A stretch of DNA of 64,000 nt from Candidatus Bathyarchaeota archaeon (lineage in GTDB: Archaea; Thermoproteota; Bathyarchaeia; Bathyarchaeales; Bathycorpusculaceae), in contig CAVZIW010000013.1 in the NCBI GenBank assembly GCA_963775465.1, forward strand, positions 123,169 to 187,168, in the 5' to 3' direction. Shown piece by piece: positions 10,380 to 19,248 of the stretch. The position numbers and the translations under genes were made by a program. The notes beneath the pieces were generated by a model that was given only the letters and a program-made list of their open reading frames with translations, was not told where the DNA came from and did not search any database. Position 1 is the first letter of the stretch, and each line of letters starts with the position of its first letter.

Positions 10380-10486
10380 ATTTCTTAGCCTCACCCTTGT
10401 TAAGGCACAGTCTTATCCACACTTCATATTTAATAATCTTTCGACGATAAAAATGCATACTTATACTTCGGATCAATAACCATCCA

Positions 10487-10499
10487 GAAAGCTTTAAAT
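10487..10499 (+). promoter_or_regulatory. Putative BRE/TATA for gar1-tfb
   Basis: GAAAGC-TTTAAAT about 45 nt upstream of the gar1 start. Confidence 0.5.
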
Positions 10500-10544
10500 G
10501 TACAGGTACGTTGACGTACATGTTTTCGAGAGGGGAATGGTCGT

Positions 10545-10796
10545 TTGCAAAGATTGGGCAGGGTGTCAAATGTATCTCCTTCACGAAATGTCATAGTTAA
10601 AGCTGAAAAGACTCCTAAACTTGGCTCTGAAGTTGTCGACGAGAACCTGAAAGTTGTCGGTAAAGTTTTTGATATAATTGGTCCAGTCACAGCACCCTAT
10701 GCAGTGATCAAACCAACTAACATCGAACCTACTAGACTACTAAATAAACCGGTGTACTTGCTGCTCTCGAAAACGCAACGGAGAAAAAATGAATGA
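10545..10796 (+). CDS. gar1: H/ACA RNP protein Gar1
   Basis: VGKVFDIIGPV..PY motif; directly upstream of tfb (ATGA overlap). Confidence 0.88.
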   Translation: MQRLGRVSNVSPSRNVIVKAEKTPKLGSEVVDENLKVVGKVFDIIGPVTAPYAVIKPTNIEPTRLLNKPVYLLLSKTQRRKNE

Positions 10797-11764
10797 TTAG
10801 AGACAAGTTACAGGAAACAGTAAACCGCGATCAAACCTCACCTCAAGCCGAACCCCAGAAATCGCGGGTTTGCCCAGAATGCGGCAGTACTCGACTCATG
10901 CATGATTCTGAAGCCGCCGAAATAGTATGCATGGACTGCGGCATTGTAGTTCAACAGAAACTAACCGACCGTGGACCCGAATGGAGAGCATTTGATGATG
11001 AACAAAGATCGAAAAGAACCCGTGTCGGAGCGCCCCTGACATATACAATACATGATAAAGGTCTTTCGACCACTATTGATTGGCATGATCGAGACGTATA
11101 TGGCAAGAGTCTTTCTCCTGGACAGAAAGCCCAGGTTTACCGTCTAAGAAAATGGCAGCGACGTATCAGAGTTTCCGACGCTACTGAAAGGAACTTGGCG
11201 TTTGCGCTTTCTGAAATCACGAAGATTTCTAACAACCTCAATCTGCCTAAAAGTATTCTGGAAACAGCCTCAGTTATTTACCGCAAAGCGGTGAAAGAGC
11301 GTTTGATCCGCGGTAGGTCAATTCAAGGTGTCACTTCAGCAGCGATTTATTTGGCGTGTAGACAATGCGGCTTACCTAAAACACTAGATGAAATATCTCA
11401 ATCATCAACCGTTAACAAGAAAGAAGTGGGAAGAAGCTACCGTTTCCTAATCCGAGAACTTAACTATTCAATTCCGCCTCTGCGACCAAGTCAATACATA
11501 ACAAAGTTTTCTAATCAGCTTACAATGCAAGGTAAAGTTGAAGAAATCGCCCACAAAATCTTGGCTTCTGCAAAAGAACTTAAACTCACATCAGGGAGAG
11601 GACCGACAGGGATAGCAGCTGCAGCAAGCTATGTAGCATCAGTATTAACTGGAGAACGTAAGACACAAAGAGAAATTGCTGAAATCGCACAGGTTACTGA
11701 AGTAACCATCCGCAACAGGTACAAAGAACTCGCTGAAAGGCTTTTGTTTCAAATAAGTATCTAA
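10793..11764 (+). CDS. tfb: Transcription initiation factor IIB
   Basis: CPECG...C..CG Zn ribbon, GPEWRAF, cyclin repeats, VTEVTIRNRYKEL. Confidence 0.98.
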   Translation: MIRDKLQETVNRDQTSPQAEPQKSRVCPECGSTRLMHDSEAAEIVCMDCGIVVQQKLTDRGPEWRAFDDEQRSKRTRVGAPLTYTIHDKGLSTTIDWHDRDVYGKSLSPGQKAQVYRLRKWQRRIRVSDATERNLAFALSEITKISNNLNLPKSILETASVIYRKAVKERLIRGRSIQGVTSAAIYLACRQCGLPKTLDEISQSSTVNKKEVGRSYRFLIRELNYSIPPLRPSQYITKFSNQLTMQGKVEEIAHKILASAKELKLTSGRGPTGIAAAASYVASVLTGERKTQREIAEIAQVTEVTIRNRYKELAERLLFQISI

Positions 11765-12103
11765 AGCCCTTTTCTAATTAGCTGGATTAAGACAAAGCTT
11801 GGGCTGATTTCAATCGAGAGAGTAAGCAAAAGTTAAGCTTTTAAAAAGTTAGCCATGGTTAAGATAGAATATTTCTGCTTTCAGCAAGAACAGATATGCT
11901 GCACTCAAAGCCTGAAATTACTACATCGGTTTGATAATCTAAATAGAGACGGGAACCAACGGATATACATGATTGGTAAAGTCTAACATAATGCGTAAAT
12001 TGATCAAGGAAGACTTAGTCCTTAATCAGAAGAAACAATAACCTAAGATTCCGTATAGTTAATAAGCAATTTTTTTAAGCAAGAGGTATGCTATCCTTAT
12101 TTT

Positions 12104-12718
12104 ATGCCCTATAAATTTACTTTCGACCTCTCAAAGGTGCCTCGTTTTTTCTTCACTGAACTTGCGTTGATTACTTACCAAAAGGGCATGCATAAAACCT
12201 TCCTGAAAACTGCAAGAGATTTAATTTTAAAGTTTCGCATTCAAGAAGCAACTGGACTTAACTTGTCTGATGCAGTAGTTTTGCTTCAGGATCTCATCGA
12301 CTTACAAGCCATTAATACTATAGAAAGAAGGAAGTTCCTGCAGACTAAAGCAAGAGCACTTTTCCTACCTCATTGCGCGCGCAAATACATGGATTGTCGA
12401 TGCAAAGCAACATTCAACCCCGAAATCCCTTCTTACATTTGCTCACATTGTTCAGACGATTGTTTGGTAAACAAAGCTGACCAATACGCTAAAAAGAAGG
12501 GGTACGATGTCTACCTTCTGCCGGGTGGATCCTGTATACCGAAGATTCTAAAGTCGAGTAAGTATGAGGGCATTGTTGGCGTTGCTTGCGGGGAAGAGAT
12601 GAAGATGCTAAGTCCACTTTTGAGTTGCATGGATGTTGCGGGTCAGGGTATACCATTAATTAAAAATGGGTGCGCAAATACTATTTTTAACGTGGAAACA
12701 CTTGTAAAAGTCCTTTAA
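12104..12718 (+). CDS. DUF116-family Cys-rich protein
   Basis: LFLPHC, C..C..C, GY.VY.LPGGS, GVAC pattern. Confidence 0.7.
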   Translation: MPYKFTFDLSKVPRFFFTELALITYQKGMHKTFLKTARDLILKFRIQEATGLNLSDAVVLLQDLIDLQAINTIERRKFLQTKARALFLPHCARKYMDCRCKATFNPEIPSYICSHCSDDCLVNKADQYAKKKGYDVYLLPGGSCIPKILKSSKYEGIVGVACGEEMKMLSPLLSCMDVAGQGIPLIKNGCANTIFNVETLVKVL

Positions 12719-13124
12719 ATTCAATCCTTGTTGTCTTCTCAGTTAGTTCTTGAACTCAAAAAGGTACTAGTCTAATTAAAGCTCATAAAATGAAACTCCC
12801 TTACATATCATGACCTCAAAGAAAAAGATCAAACACCTAGTAAAAGGCAGATCCTATTCTTTGTCCAAGCCAATCCATTTGATAAGATTAAAATGATGGC
12901 AATAAATTAAAACCTCATACAAATTCTAATTTGTAAAATTAAAGATTCCATCACATTTGTTTCTTTTAACGAGAATTCTTGCCCTAATAGGCCTTTATTG
13001 ACTCAAGATCCGTCTTTTCCCTTTACGATTAAGGGATTGTGGTTAGTATTTACCCCTATGAGAGAATGCGTTCTGGTATAGGAGTTGGAATAACATAATG
13101 TGTGATGGATAAAAGAAGAGTTAT

Positions 13125-13286
13125 CTACTTCACTATTTCTCGCTTCTTCCAACGCAGGTTTTTGCCTTTACATTTTCTGCATTTTAGAGCTGTTTCCGCG
13201 TTGCGAGCACCGCAATCTCGACAGATTTTCATATATAGCCTGTGTTTTTGGGCTATAGTTTTCTTTATTGGATCTAATATCGGCAT
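13125..13286 (-). CDS. rpl40e: 50S ribosomal protein L40e
   Basis: Not in ORF track (53 aa): MPILDPIKKTIAQKHRLYMKICRDCGARNAETALKCRKCKGKNLRWKKREIVK. Confidence 0.95.
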   Translation of the reverse strand: MPILDPIKKTIAQKHRLYMKICRDCGARNAETALKCRKCKGKNLRWKKREIVK

Positions 13287-13374
13287 TGATTGTGAACCTT
13301 CTATTTTTGTAAGTCTTGATAGTTTAGTATCAAATATACCTTTTGTCTATATTTGTAAGATAGGTGTTAACTAT

Positions 13375-13842
13375 TTACTTAATTTCCTCAATGGTAACAT
13401 AAGAACGTGTGTCTTCAATTCCATCAATTGTGTAGAGCCTCTTGAGAATTTCATCAAGATTTTCTCTTTCCACAATTATTAAGGCGTCCACTTCACCTGC
13501 TACGCGGAAAGCTCGAGAAACAGAAAGCTCATGAATTTGCTCGTATACGTGAATTCGCTTTATGGGCGAAATTTTGAGCAATATGAATGCAGGTGTGGTA
13601 GATACGCCAAGAGCAGTCAAACCTTTCTCTGTTACGTCGATAAAACCTCTCCCTGTACGGATATAACCACGGTTTTTCAGCTTACGCAAATGTACGTTTA
13701 GAGCTTGCCTACTTACGCCAACTTGATTTGAAAGTTCATCTTGTTTTACCCTTAACGTGTAGGTGTTTGTGGATTTTCCTTTCTCGTAAAGTGTTTTGAG
13801 CAGTTGAATCGAGCGTTTCGTTAGTGGTTCCAAAACAATCAC
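13375..13842 (-). CDS. Lrp/AsnC-type transcriptional regulator
   Basis: wHTH (QDELS...VSRQALNVHLRKL..GYI) plus AsnC ligand domain (VAGEVDA, GIEDTRSYV). Confidence 0.8.
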   Translation of the reverse strand: MIVLEPLTKRSIQLLKTLYEKGKSTNTYTLRVKQDELSNQVGVSRQALNVHLRKLKNRGYIRTGRGFIDVTEKGLTALGVSTTPAFILLKISPIKRIHVYEQIHELSVSRAFRVAGEVDALIIVERENLDEILKRLYTIDGIEDTRSYVTIEEIK

Positions 13843-14136
13843 TTTATTTCCATTTTGTTAATGTAAACTTTTACAATAGTAGCTTAACTTGCTTAATAAT
13901 TTGACTGTTAAAACAATAAGCCTTTAATCCAAACAACCTTTTACCCACAAATTAAAACATATCCTATGAAAATTCGAAAAGTGTAAAAAAGCAAAACATA
14001 TCAAAATTATTGTTTGGCAACAAAAAAAATGGCAAAATGTTTCCAGCAAGAACACAAAGGTAACACCACAACCTATTTATTCAAAAAAAAAGCTAACACA
14101 AACCATTAAAAAGTAAACTAGGAGTGAAGCGGAACC

Positions 14137-14427
14137 GTGACAGAAACCACCAACGCAGTCTTAATTGGCAAAAAGCCCATAATGAACTATGTTCTTGCAT
14201 GCATCACCTTCTTCCATGGCGGCGCAAAAGAAGTCAGTATAAAGGCACGTGGCAGATCTATAAGTAGGGCAATCGACGTAGCAGAAGTTGTTCGTCACAG
14301 ATTTCTACCTGACGTAAAAATCAAGAACGTCGGCATCGGGACAGATAAGTTTCTACCGATAGACCGAGAAGAAGTCAACCAAGGGGCAACAAACGTCAGT
14401 ACAATAGAAATAACGTTGATGAGATAA
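14137..14427 (+). CDS. albA: DNA/RNA-binding protein Alba
   Basis: [34 protein letters not shown]; GTG start after GGAG. Confidence 0.95.
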   Translation: MTETTNAVLIGKKPIMNYVLACITFFHGGAKEVSIKARGRSISRAIDVAEVVRHRFLPDVKIKNVGIGTDKFLPIDREEVNQGATNVSTIEITLMR

Positions 14428-14474
14428 ATCACGAACCAAGCCGAACTCCTTCTTTGCAGGAAAACCGACTCTTA

Positions 14475-14984
14475 ATGAAAACAGAACTGTGTAGTTTCTG
14501 CCTAAAAAGCGGCATCTTATGCCAAAAATGTTCCGCCAAAGTAAAAGCTGGCGAAATCAGTAACTTAGACCTGAAAATCGCCCGTTTGCTGCTCAACCTG
14601 GAGGAAAAGTTTCCTTCCCTGCAAAACGTCTGCTTCTATAGAGCAGTCGAGGTTGAAAAGACCTTAGCCATCTTGGTTGGACATGGAGACGTCCCCAAAA
14701 TTTTAGGTTATGGAGGTAAAATCGTCAAAACCCTCAGTGACGAGACTCGTAAAAACATCCGGGTTTTGGAGCACGGTGTAGACGACCGTAAATTCCTCGA
14801 AGACCTATTTGTACCCTTTAGCATTCTCACGATCAACACAATTTGGCTTCCTGATGGCACCACCGAAACAAGAGTGATCCTGAAAAGGAAACGTGGAACA
14901 CAATTGCCAATGGATCTAAAAGCGCTAAAGGAAATCGCAAATAAAGTACGCAAAATGTCTTTGCGCGTTGAAATTGCAGATTAA
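14475..14984 (+). CDS. Archaeal NusA-like KH-domain protein with N-terminal Zn site
   Basis: C.FCLKSG.LC.KC, then ILGYGGKIV KH motif; WLPDGT.E. Confidence 0.75.
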   Translation: MKTELCSFCLKSGILCQKCSAKVKAGEISNLDLKIARLLLNLEEKFPSLQNVCFYRAVEVEKTLAILVGHGDVPKILGYGGKIVKTLSDETRKNIRVLEHGVDDRKFLEDLFVPFSILTINTIWLPDGTTETRVILKRKRGTQLPMDLKALKEIANKVRKMSLRVEIAD

Positions 14985-15000
14985 GGTTGGCGAAAGAAGC

Positions 15001-16320
15001 ATGGATTTGGACTCTATCGGTGAATGGATTAGGACACATTATACTATTGCAATTACCCAAGACTTTGATGGACAAGAAGTAACATTATTTGGCTGGGTCC
15101 AAGACATCCGCGACTTAGGCGGTATCCGATTTGTCATTCTGCAGGACCGTGAAGGCACTATCCAACTAACTATCTTTAAAAAGAAATGCCAACCTGAAGT
15201 TTTGGAAAAAACAACCCAGCTACAGAAAAGATTCTGCATTGCCGTCAAAGGAAACGTTAAGAAAACTACCATGACTCCAAGAGGCGTAGAAGTCATCCCG
15301 AGCGAAGTAAAAATATTGAGTACAGCAACCGAACAATTACCAATAGACATCACTGGGAAAACGCCAGCCAACATCGAAGCACGCTTAGACGCAAGACCAA
15401 TTGATCTAACAATCGAGCAGAATCTTGCGACTTTTAAGATCCAACACGTCGCTCTACAAGCAATCCGTAGCTATCTCTTCGAACAAGGTTTTTTGGAGAC
15501 ACACACCCCCAGAATCATTGCTTCTGCAACGGAAGGCGGAGCAGAGCTGTTTTGCGTCGATTATTTTGGTCAAAAAGCATATCTTGCCCAAAGCCCGCAA
15601 CTGTACAAAGAAGAGTTGACACTCAGTTTCGAAAAAGTATTTGAAGTGGGACCGTTTTTTCGAGCTGAAGAATCCCACACAAGAAGACACCTTAGCGAGT
15701 TTACGTCGGTTGATATAGAGCAGGCTTTCGCTGATGGTAAAGATGTGATGAGACTGCTAGAACAAGTCATCCATTATGCATGTGTTGTTGTTAAAGAGAA
15801 ATGTGAATTTGAGCTTTCTGCACTTGGCTACAATTTTGAAGTACCCAAATGCCCATTCAAACGCTTGACCTATAACCAAGTCCTAAATGATCTAAAAAAG
15901 CAAGGCGTAACTATTCCATGGGGAGAAGATATCCCAACCGAAGCTTTCCGCGAACTGGGTAAACTGTACCCCTACTTCTACTTCATAACTGAGTGGCCTA
16001 CAAATATCAAAGCATTCTACATTAAACCTCGCCAAGACAAAGCTGAGGTGTGCGAAGGTTTCGATTTAATGTGGCGCTATATCGAATTGGTATCGGGTGG
16101 AACAAGAATTTCCGATAAACAGCAATTAATTCAACGTCTCCAGGAAAAGGGCTTAAAACCTGAATCCTTCAAGTGCCACTTACAAGCATACGATTATGGT
16201 ATGCCACCGCATGCTGGTTGGGCAATTGGACTTGAGCGACTCACAATGATTTTAACTGGCAAAAAGAACATTCGCGAGGCAACACTTTACCCACGAGACA
16301 GAGTGCGTCTTACCCCCTAA
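15001..16320 (+). CDS. aspS: Aspartate--tRNA ligase (archaeal type)
   Basis: GWV..IRDLGG, TEGGAELF, LAQSPQLYK, FRAEES.T.RHL, GMPPHAGWAIGLER, YPRD. Confidence 0.96.
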   Translation: MDLDSIGEWIRTHYTIAITQDFDGQEVTLFGWVQDIRDLGGIRFVILQDREGTIQLTIFKKKCQPEVLEKTTQLQKRFCIAVKGNVKKTTMTPRGVEVIPSEVKILSTATEQLPIDITGKTPANIEARLDARPIDLTIEQNLATFKIQHVALQAIRSYLFEQGFLETHTPRIIASATEGGAELFCVDYFGQKAYLAQSPQLYKEELTLSFEKVFEVGPFFRAEESHTRRHLSEFTSVDIEQAFADGKDVMRLLEQVIHYACVVVKEKCEFELSALGYNFEVPKCPFKRLTYNQVLNDLKKQGVTIPWGEDIPTEAFRELGKLYPYFYFITEWPTNIKAFYIKPRQDKAEVCEGFDLMWRYIELVSGGTRISDKQQLIQRLQEKGLKPESFKCHLQAYDYGMPPHAGWAIGLERLTMILTGKKNIREATLYPRDRVRLTP

Positions 16321-16366
16321 GCAAAAAAACTAGCTAACCCGCTATATCCTTTTCACAGAATAAAGA

Positions 16367-17830
16367 TCATGGCATTAGGTTATTTCTACTTTGTTGGAAC
16401 AGCTCTGATATAAAGTCTTTAACTGTTTTCTGGTTTTTTTTGGCGATTCTTTTCACCGCATCATTAATTCCTGTAGAGTACTGAACAGCTTTTTTAGGTT
16501 TATCTGCTATCGATTTTGGCAAACCAATGTTTAGAGCAACCTTTCTTAATACAAGCTTTCGTAGCGTATTTGACTTCTGCTCCATCTTACAATTCAAAGG
16601 CAAACTCATTGCGAACTGCGCAAGCGTATACATAGCAAATGGCAAACGTAACTCCACATCAAAAGCGCCCATAATTTTTAGATCCCTTTCAAGGTTACTT
16701 TCATAAATGTTCATAACATCGTTGAACATGGTTTTCTGAACGTTTAAATTTCCTTCCCGGCAGTATTCGTTGACATAACGCTGGTAGCCGGCAAACAACT
16801 CATCAGCACCCTGCCCAGCCAACACAACGTTAAAGCCTGCCTCAGAAGCTTTTTCCGCGGTCCAATAAAACGGCACCCCAATACTAGCTTTAATGGGATC
16901 AGGCTCTTCAATTAACTCGACAACTTTGGGTAAGGTTTTCTCCACGTCAGATTCTTTAAATAAATCAATTTGAAGCGGTAAATTCAAAGCTTCAGCAGCT
17001 ACTATAGCTTCTTCAGTTTCTGGTTGATTTTCCATACTCACATGAATCAAATTGACTTTCGCGCCAAGTTTGTTTGCCAAAAAAGACACAACACCACTAT
17101 CTAATCCTCCGGAAAATGCGACTGCAACTTTTTTTAACTCAAACACTCTTCGTTTGATTGATTCTTCAAGAAGGGCCTGTAGTTTAATTGCAGCTTCATC
17201 AATTGACAAACGTTGAGGATCTGGGTAAGTCAAGGTTCTGCCTGGTTTGAACTTGAATCCTTCTTTTTGGGCAACCCCTAAATTTCCGGGTGGAAAAGAT
17301 AGTGGTTTTTCGATTCCGAGTTCCCACAGAGGTTTGCGTCTTGTGGAGAAAGCGACGATTTCTTCGTTTTCACCATAGTAAAAAGGTTGAACTCCTATTG
17401 GGTCACGTCCAGCGGTAATCCGACCTTCTTTGAGAAGTAGGAATGAATAATCACCATCAGTTTGCTGGATTAGGTTTTGTAGAAGTGTTTCACAATGATG
17501 CGGTTGCTTGAGTAACTGTTCAGTGACTCCTGATTTTGACAGTGGAGAATAAACGCTACCTTCAAAGAAAAGGGAACTATCTTCCAATTGAAGAAAATCG
17601 TAACCAATTGTCTCTTTTGACTGAGTGCTTGCGAATCCCGACAGCGTTGACCAATTCCCGCTTTGCTTACTTAGCAAAGCAACGCTTTTGTCAAAAATGC
17701 TCTTTTTAGGTGCAACTAAACCAAAATAGAGAGGTACTCCAAGATCAAACGATTTCAGAACATCCAAAACTTTACCTGTAACACTTTTGCCATCTTTGCT
17801 TAATACAGCAACTGTAACTTTCATAGCCAA
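16367..17830 (-). CDS. Asparagine synthetase B-like protein lacking the N-terminal Cys
   Basis: RDPIGVQP, AFSGGLDS, GQGADELFAGY, PKKAVQY; starts MAMKVTVAV. Confidence 0.8.
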   Translation of the reverse strand: MAMKVTVAVLSKDGKSVTGKVLDVLKSFDLGVPLYFGLVAPKKSIFDKSVALLSKQSGNWSTLSGFASTQSKETIGYDFLQLEDSSLFFEGSVYSPLSKSGVTEQLLKQPHHCETLLQNLIQQTDGDYSFLLLKEGRITAGRDPIGVQPFYYGENEEIVAFSTRRKPLWELGIEKPLSFPPGNLGVAQKEGFKFKPGRTLTYPDPQRLSIDEAAIKLQALLEESIKRRVFELKKVAVAFSGGLDSGVVSFLANKLGAKVNLIHVSMENQPETEEAIVAAEALNLPLQIDLFKESDVEKTLPKVVELIEEPDPIKASIGVPFYWTAEKASEAGFNVVLAGQGADELFAGYQRYVNEYCREGNLNVQKTMFNDVMNIYESNLERDLKIMGAFDVELRLPFAMYTLAQFAMSLPLNCKMEQKSNTLRKLVLRKVALNIGLPKSIADKPKKAVQYSTGINDAVKRIAKKNQKTVKDFISELFQQSRNNLMP

Positions 17831-17910
17831 ATCACTCTGAACTGTATGTTTTGCTACTCATCGGTAAAACATTAATCTTTAATCTGCATAACCTTGTTTG
17901 AGGAATCTCT

Positions 17911-19248
17911 ATGCCAATCACACCCATAGACACTGGCCGATACGGAACGCCAGAAATGCTCAAGATATTTGAGGAAGAAATGCGCCTTCAAAAGTTACTT
18001 GATGTGGAAGCAGCCCTTGCTTTAGCTCATTCTCAAGTAGGTAATATACCTAAAAAGGATGCAGAAATAATAGCTGAAAAAGCATCCACTAAATATGTGA
18101 GAGTTGAACGTGTCAAGATCATTGAGAAAGATATCAAGCACGATATTGCCTCGTTGGTTCGAGCGCTCTCTGAAGTCTGTGGTAGAAGCGGTGCCTTTGT
18201 GCACCTAGGAGCTACAAGCTACGACATCGTCGATACAGCCAACGCCCTGCAACTAAAAGACGCGATAGCAGTTTTAGAGAAGAGACTCGAAGAGTTTAAG
18301 GTGATTCTACGAGGGCAAGCCGCCAAACATAAAAACACAGTCATGATTGGCAGAACCCACGGCCAACACGCTTTACCTATAACACTCGGATTCAAATTTG
18401 CAGTTTGGGGATACGAAGTTAATAGACACCTTGAACGCCTAAAAGAATGCAAGAAAAGAGTTTTAGCTGGAAAAGTCAGCGGCGCAGTCGGAACCCAAGC
18501 AGGTTTAGGTGAACATGCAGAGCAAATTCAAACGCTCGTAATGAAACGCTTAGGATTGTCGACAGCTGAAATTTCAACCCAGATCGTTCAGCGTGACCGC
18601 TATGCAGAGTTAATAGGCATATATGCCATGGTTTCTTCCTCGCTGGAAAACTTTGCAACCGAAATCCGCGAACTACAACGCCCAGAAATCGGCGAACTAT
18701 TTGAATCCTTTGAAACGGAAAAACAAGTGGGCAGTTCCACAATGCCTCACAAACAGAACCCTGAAAAATGCGAGCGGGTATGCGGATTAGCTCGGATTGT
18801 TCGAAGCCTCATCACTCCAGCACTTGAGGACATGATTACTTGGCACGAACGCGATCTCTCGCAGTCTTCAGCTGAGCGGTTCATTCTACCTGAATCTTCA
18901 ATACTGCTTGATTATATCCTCAGCCTTATGTGTAATATCGTTGCTAACCTGCGTGTAGACAATGAACGAATGGTCCAAAACTTTTCGCTGACTGAAGGAC
19001 GCGCAATGTCAGAATCAGTTATGATGGCACTAACTAAAAAAGCAATGAACCGACAAGAAGCCCACGAACTCTTAAGACAATTAACAATTAAAAGCGCAGT
19101 CGAAAAGAAATCATTTAAGCAAGTCCTAGTCGAAAATAAACTTGTGGGCAGCAAGCTAACTGAAGAAGAAATCAATCAAGCTTTAGACCCGAAGAACTAT
19201 TTGGGCACGGCAGTTAAACAGGCAGAAAAATTCGCCAAAAGCACCTAA
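17911..19248 (+). CDS. purB: Adenylosuccinate lyase
   Basis: HLGATSYD, GRTHGQHA, GSSTMPHKQNP, HERD. Confidence 0.97.
   Translation: MPITPIDTGRYGTPEMLKIFEEEMRLQKLLDVEAALALAHSQVGNIPKKDAEIIAEKASTKYVRVERVKIIEKDIKHDIASLVRALSEVCGRSGAFVHLGATSYDIVDTANALQLKDAIAVLEKRLEEFKVILRGQAAKHKNTVMIGRTHGQHALPITLGFKFAVWGYEVNRHLERLKECKKRVLAGKVSGAVGTQAGLGEHAEQIQTLVMKRLGLSTAEISTQIVQRDRYAELIGIYAMVSSSLENFATEIRELQRPEIGELFESFETEKQVGSSTMPHKQNPEKCERVCGLARIVRSLITPALEDMITWHERDLSQSSAERFILPESSILLDYILSLMCNIVANLRVDNERMVQNFSLTEGRAMSESVMMALTKKAMNRQEAHELLRQLTIKSAVEKKSFKQVLVENKLVGSKLTEEEINQALDPKNYLGTAVKQAEKFAKST

Noticed and set aside
11855-11986. 43-codon ORF MVKIEYFCFQQEQICC...
   Set aside because: No SD or recognisable motif; this length is expected by chance.
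13054-13082. Hairpin CCTAT..AGAA-TGCG-TTCT..ATAGG
   Set aside because: Short and imperfect; at most a 3' structure after rpl40e.
13102-13482. 126-aa plus ORF
   Set aside because: Overlaps rpl40e and the Lrp-like gene on the minus strand.
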